From a virus: a stretch of DNA of 64,000 bases. Below the pieces are notes generated by a model. It did not search any database and was not told where the DNA came from. It saw nothing but the letters and a program-made list of their open reading frames with translations. The stretch lies in IMG/VR virus record IMGVR_UViG_3300037042_006682, positions 1-64,000 of that record; one strand, written 5' to 3'. Positions 60,632 to 64,000 of the stretch are shown here, in pieces. Made by a program: the position numbers and the translations under genes. Numbering within the stretch: the first letter of the stretch is position 1; each line of letters starts with the position of its first letter.

Positions 60632-61971
60632 CAGACCCCCTTAGCCACGCCGTCGATCATGGCGGCCAGCAGGGCCTCGCGCACGCGCCACCGCGCGCCC
60701 TCCGCAAAGAGCTTCTCGGTGGCCGCCGTCTTCGTGGGGCAGCGCACCGTGTCCTCGCCAGGGAGCCGCACAAACCACTTCGATCCGTCCTTGCCGAAGA
60801 GCCCGTGGCGCTCCGCGAGGTCCAGGACGAAGTCCCGCTCGTCGACCTGCCCCGCCTGGGGCCCCCGCACGATCAGCGTGTAGGCCCCCGCCGCGCGGCT
60901 CGCGAACGTCTGATTCTTCTCGCTCAGGAAGTTGACCCGCACGGACTCCCCCAGCTTGATCTGGCCGTCCGCGCTCACGTCGCCCTTCGCAAACACGTCC
61001 TCCGCCTCCCAGCCGCTCGCCCAGAGCTTGATGCGCAGCATGGCCATGAAGCGCGGGGCGTGCCCCCCAGTCGTCTTCGTCTTCGGCGCCCAGGGGTCCG
61101 TCGCCATGCTGTCGCGCATCTGGTTGATCCAGATCTGGGTCAGCTCGCGCCCCCGGTAGCGGTAGAGGTCATTCGTCGCGGAGACCATGCGCCGCACGAG
61201 CCGCCCGATCAGGGCTGAGGACCCGCCCCGCTTGCCCTCCTTCTCGGCCGCCTCCTCGATCTCCGCGCTCGGGATCATCGTGGCCAGGCTGTCGAGCACC
61301 ATGAGGTCCACGGCCCCCGTCAGCGCCGTGGCGCAGTACATGTCGATGGCCTCCTCCGCGGAGGTCGGCTGGCTGTAGTGCAGGATCCGCGCGTCCACCC
61401 CCAGCTTGGCCGCCCAGGCCCAGTCGATCTTGCCCTCGATGTTGTACAGGGCGCAGCGCAGCTCCTCGTAGGAGTTCTCGCGCATGGCCGCGATGCGCTC
61501 GCGGTACTCCACATCCGTCTCCTGCCGGTCCTTCTTGCCCGCCTCCTGGAAGTACAGGCGCCGCGGGCGATGGGCCCCGGACCGCACGCAATCGCACTCC
61601 CCCTCCACCGCGTACTCCGCCGGCTTCACCAGCTCCCCCGACAGGGGATCGAAGACGTCCTCGGAGATCTGCACAACCCGACGGCTGCGCGGGGGGCAAT
61701 AGCAGTTCGCGCAGAGCTTCTGCGCCTCCCCGATCGCCCGCAACGCCGTGACGGTCTTCCCGCTGTTCTCCATGCCGAACAGCTCGGTCTCGCCCCCCAC
61801 CGGGATGCCCCCGCCGATCGCGAAGTCGAGCGCGAGGCTCCCCGTAGGGATGCGCCGGGTGCCCGGCGGCCGGATGGCCGTCGCTAATCCAAAGGCCCCT
61901 TGGCCGTGTTGCTTGACGATCTGCGCCTGCAGCGCCTTCAGCGCCGCGAGCCGGCTGGTCCCCTCCGCCAT
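60631..61971 (-). CDS. recA: RecA/UvsX-like recombinase with a Cys-rich insertion
   Basis: IPTGSLALDFAIGGGIP.G, Walker A GMENSGKT, LGVD, Walker B LMVLDSLA, WINQMR, TTGG.A..F, KNQT. Confidence 0.88.
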   Translation of the reverse strand: MAEGTSRLAALKALQAQIVKQHGQGAFGLATAIRPPGTRRIPTGSLALDFAIGGGIPVGGETELFGMENSGKTVTALRAIGEAQKLCANCYCPPRSRRVVQISEDVFDPLSGELVKPAEYAVEGECDCVRSGAHRPRRLYFQEAGKKDRQETDVEYRERIAAMRENSYEELRCALYNIEGKIDWAWAAKLGVDARILHYSQPTSAEEAIDMYCATALTGAVDLMVLDSLATMIPSAEIEEAAEKEGKRGGSSALIGRLVRRMVSATNDLYRYRGRELTQIWINQMRDSMATDPWAPKTKTTGGHAPRFMAMLRIKLWASGWEAEDVFAKGDVSADGQIKLGESVRVNFLSEKNQTFASRAAGAYTLIVRGPQAGQVDERDFVLDLAERHGLFGKDGSKWFVRLPGEDTVRCPTKTAATEKLFAEGARWRVREALLAAMIDGVAKGV

Positions 61972-61978
61972 GGTGCCC

Positions 61979-62548
61979 TCACTTCACCTGCAGGCAGGTC
62001 TTGTTCGTGATCAACTTCGCGCCCTCGACGGGTTTGCCCGCCTTGAGGCGGTCGCCGATGGCCTTCTTGTTGAGCTTGGGCTCCCACGTCACGATCTCCG
62101 CGTCGTCCTTGTGCAGCTTGGCGAAGACGTCCGGCTCCTCGATGTCGACCGAGGCCGGGTTCTTCTTGATCAGGACGCTCGCGTAGTTCTCGGTCTCCAG
62201 CTTCTGGACCTTCGCGATCTCCATCGCCGCCTTCACGTAGTCGTAGAGCCGGTCCTGCTGCGCCTCCAGGGCGCGCGCGTGCTCGGTCAGGGACTTTGCC
62301 CGGTCGCGGAACATGCGCGCCCGCGTCCCCGCCTCGTCGCCCACCCAGAGGCAGCGGTCGATCTTCGTGGCGAGGTCGCCCTCAGCCGCCTGCAGCTCCA
62401 CGAACAGGGCGTCGGTGACCTCGCCATCCAGCTCGTCGATCGCGAACAGCACCTCGCGGAACCGCGCCACGATCTCCATCAGGCTCGACTTCTTGCTGGG
62501 GACAACAGTGGTTTCTGTGCTTGCTTGCGTTGCGTCCATGACATCCAT
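61979..62548 (-). CDS. Siphovirus Gp157-like protein
   Basis: Coiled coil...IKKNPASVDI...PKLNKKAIGDRLKAGKPVEGAKL...LQVK. Confidence 0.8.
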   Translation of the reverse strand: MDVMDATQASTETTVVPSKKSSLMEIVARFREVLFAIDELDGEVTDALFVELQAAEGDLATKIDRCLWVGDEAGTRARMFRDRAKSLTEHARALEAQQDRLYDYVKAAMEIAKVQKLETENYASVLIKKNPASVDIEEPDVFAKLHKDDAEIVTWEPKLNKKAIGDRLKAGKPVEGAKLITNKTCLQVK

Positions 62549-62571
62549 CCTTCCGCGCCCCTTGGGCGCTG

Positions 62572-62626
62572 GTTGACAAATCCGCCGACCTGATCTTGTC
62601 TACACCCCGCAAGGGTGTTTGTCAAC
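62572..62626. promoter_or_regulatory. Intergenic control region with inverted GTTGACAAA boxes and an internal hairpin
   Basis: GTTGACAAA (62572-62580) and TTTGTCAAC (62618-62626); minus strand TTGACA-N17-TAGACA; ACACC-C-CGCAAG-GGTGT hairpin. Confidence 0.5.
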
Positions 62627-62631
62627 GCCTT

Positions 62632-62919
62632 TTAGCGGGGATCGATCGCCCGCACGGCCCCCGCCGTCAGCTCGCTCGTGCGCACCAAGTAGGCCACAAT
62701 GTCGTCCTCGCGCGGGTCGCATCGCTCGACCGCCACCCAGTCCCGCGAGCGGAACGCGAGCACGCGATGGGGCCGCCCCCGCCACCCCACGAGCTGCCCC
62801 ACGCGGAGCCCCGCCACCCGCCGCCGGGCAGGAGGCGCCATGGCCTCGGCCTCATGCTGGGGCATAGGCACCAGGAACAGGAAGGGCTTGATTCGGTGGT
62901 CTGGCTTTGTTCGGTTCAC
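62632..62919 (-). CDS. Small hypothetical protein
   Basis: GGGAG SD before GTG 62919; overlaps the MTase 3' end. Confidence 0.4.
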   Translation of the reverse strand: MNRTKPDHRIKPFLFLVPMPQHEAEAMAPPARRRVAGLRVGQLVGWRGRPHRVLAFRSRDWVAVERCDPREDDIVAYLVRTSELTAGAVRAIDPR

Positions 62920-63508
62920 GGCTCCCCAGGACCGCGCGGATGTCGCGGCCGTCTCCTGGCAGATCCAAGCCGATCCCATGCCACCCGTCAACCTTCTCGC
63001 GCGCGAACAGTTCCACACGGCGCTGCGGCCCGTAAAGGCGCTGGATGCGTTTGGCCACCTCATAGGGCTTCGCACTGTGCAGCCCCACAGGCCCCGTCAC
63101 CTCCGCCAAAATCCCCGCATCGACCCGCTTACACCCCTTCCCCCGCACCCCCTCAAGGACAAACTCACAGTTGCCCCGCGTACCATGCCCCATGCCCATG
63201 AACGGCTGGCCCGACCGCGCATAAACCTTGCGCCACACAAAGGCGATCCGACGATAGGAAAAGCCCCACGCCGCCAAAACCTGCACGGCCTCCAGCAACA
63301 GCGGACTCGTCGCCCATAGAAAGCAATTAGCATCGGGGGCACAGATCGCCGCAACGTCGAGCGCACACAGATCCTCTACTGTCAACAAAGGATACTTGTG
63401 CGCTACCCCGCGCTGGCCAGCCCGCGCTTTGTCTTTATATGTCCAAGGGTTGTCTGACAAAACAATACCAAAAGACCCCGCATCCTCGGGGCGCGCCATG
63501 GGGCCCAT
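62852..63508 (-). CDS. MT-A70 family adenine DNA methyltransferase
   Basis: IVLSDNPW...Y...FLWAT...AWGFSY...FVWRK...GMGHGTRGNCE...HSAKP...VELFAR...GW..IG; TGATG coupling. Confidence 0.85.
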   Translation of the reverse strand: MGPMARPEDAGSFGIVLSDNPWTYKDKARAGQRGVAHKYPLLTVEDLCALDVAAICAPDANCFLWATSPLLLEAVQVLAAWGFSYRRIAFVWRKVYARSGQPFMGMGHGTRGNCEFVLEGVRGKGCKRVDAGILAEVTGPVGLHSAKPYEVAKRIQRLYGPQRRVELFAREKVDGWHGIGLDLPGDGRDIRAVLGSREPNKARPPNQALPVPGAYAPA

Positions 63509-63891
63509 CACCCGCACCGCACCGCGTAGCGGCGTCGTGGCCCCGCCCGCCGCCCCTGCGCCGCGCCCCCAGCCGCCAGCTTCGCCCGCGCCCGCACCGC
63601 CGCCCGCCCCGCCTCGCGCGTGGCCTGCCGCGGAACGTCCACCTCCGCGCACGGCGGCGCCAGGTAAGCCACCCCCTTGTGCGGGGTCTCTGCCGCCACG
63701 AGGTAGCGATCCTCCTGCGGGCTCATGGGCGCCCCATGCAGGGCGCTCATGCACGTCCCCACTGGCAAGTAAATGTAAGCAGATCGCCCCGCCGGCACGA
63801 CCGCGACCACCTGCCCCTCGCGCGCCTCGCCACACCCACGTGGCACCCAACGCACCACGTCCCCTACCGCGTGCTTATGCAAATCCATCAC
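63508..63891 (-). CDS. Hypothetical protein (SH3/KOW-like N-terminus)
   Basis: AAGGAG RBS; VGDVVRW...GQVVAVVPAG. Confidence 0.55.
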   Translation of the reverse strand: MMDLHKHAVGDVVRWVPRGCGEAREGQVVAVVPAGRSAYIYLPVGTCMSALHGAPMSPQEDRYLVAAETPHKGVAYLAPPCAEVDVPRQATREAGRAAVRARAKLAAGGAAQGRRAGPRRRYAVRCG

Positions 63892-64000
63892 AACTTCTCC
63901 TTGTTGGGCGCCTTCCGTGCCCGCTTGGCCGCGATCTTCGCGGCCAACTTAACGGCTGTCTTGACAACCCGCGCCCGCGCCGGCTTAAGAACCGCCACAG

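Noticed and set aside
61474-61713. RecA insertion as a mini-intein (starts with Cys, has N|S near its end)
   Set aside because: Only ~80 aa and lacks intein blocks A, B, F and G; better explained as a Zn-binding insert
124-63319. Numerous long plus-strand ORFs (e.g. 22897..25338, 53717..56416, 9304..10830, 18431..19942)
   Set aside because: Antisense shadows of high-GC minus-strand genes: R/P/A/G-rich, with no motifs or RBS
1-64000. tRNA/rRNA genes, integrase/att sites, host assignment, alternative genetic code
   Set aside because: None recognisable by eye; genes read normally with all three standard stops; host cannot be determined beyond high GC and sigma70-like promoters

Overview
This 64-kb window is a high-GC fragment of a contractile-tailed (myovirus-type) bacteriophage genome, and essentially all credible genes lie on the minus strand. 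From right to left: (i) a DNA modification/recombination region (MT-A70 adenine MTase, Gp157-like, RecA-like with a Cys-rich insertion, PD-(D/E)xK nucleases, SMC/Rad50-like ATPase, Cas4-like nuclease, a split overlapping C5-MTase, RuvC) interleaved with many small accessory ORFs; (ii) a T4-like head module (putative TerS, TerL, gp20-like portal, core/scaffold, gp21-like protease, gp23-like major capsid); (iii) neck, decoration/fibre, membrane/lysis-like genes, tail sheath and two tail-tube paralogues. The packaging/head genes carry five inteins (three in TerL, one in portal, one in protease), and three free-standing homing endonucleases are also present. Most notable: TerL intein 2 holds a complete NUMOD3 + PD-(D/E)xK endonuclease gene in the +1 frame with its own RBS while the intein frame stays open; an 18-bp alternating purine/pyrimidine palindrome occurs at least 11 times, often just upstream of RBSs; a promoter-hairpin-U8 leader precedes the late operon; and several small proteins share an N-terminal 'LRAL..L/I-x-E' motif resembling a capsid-targeting/protease-cleavage signal. 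No tRNA, rRNA or CRISPR array was seen. All family assignments are by eye from motifs; no database search was run.
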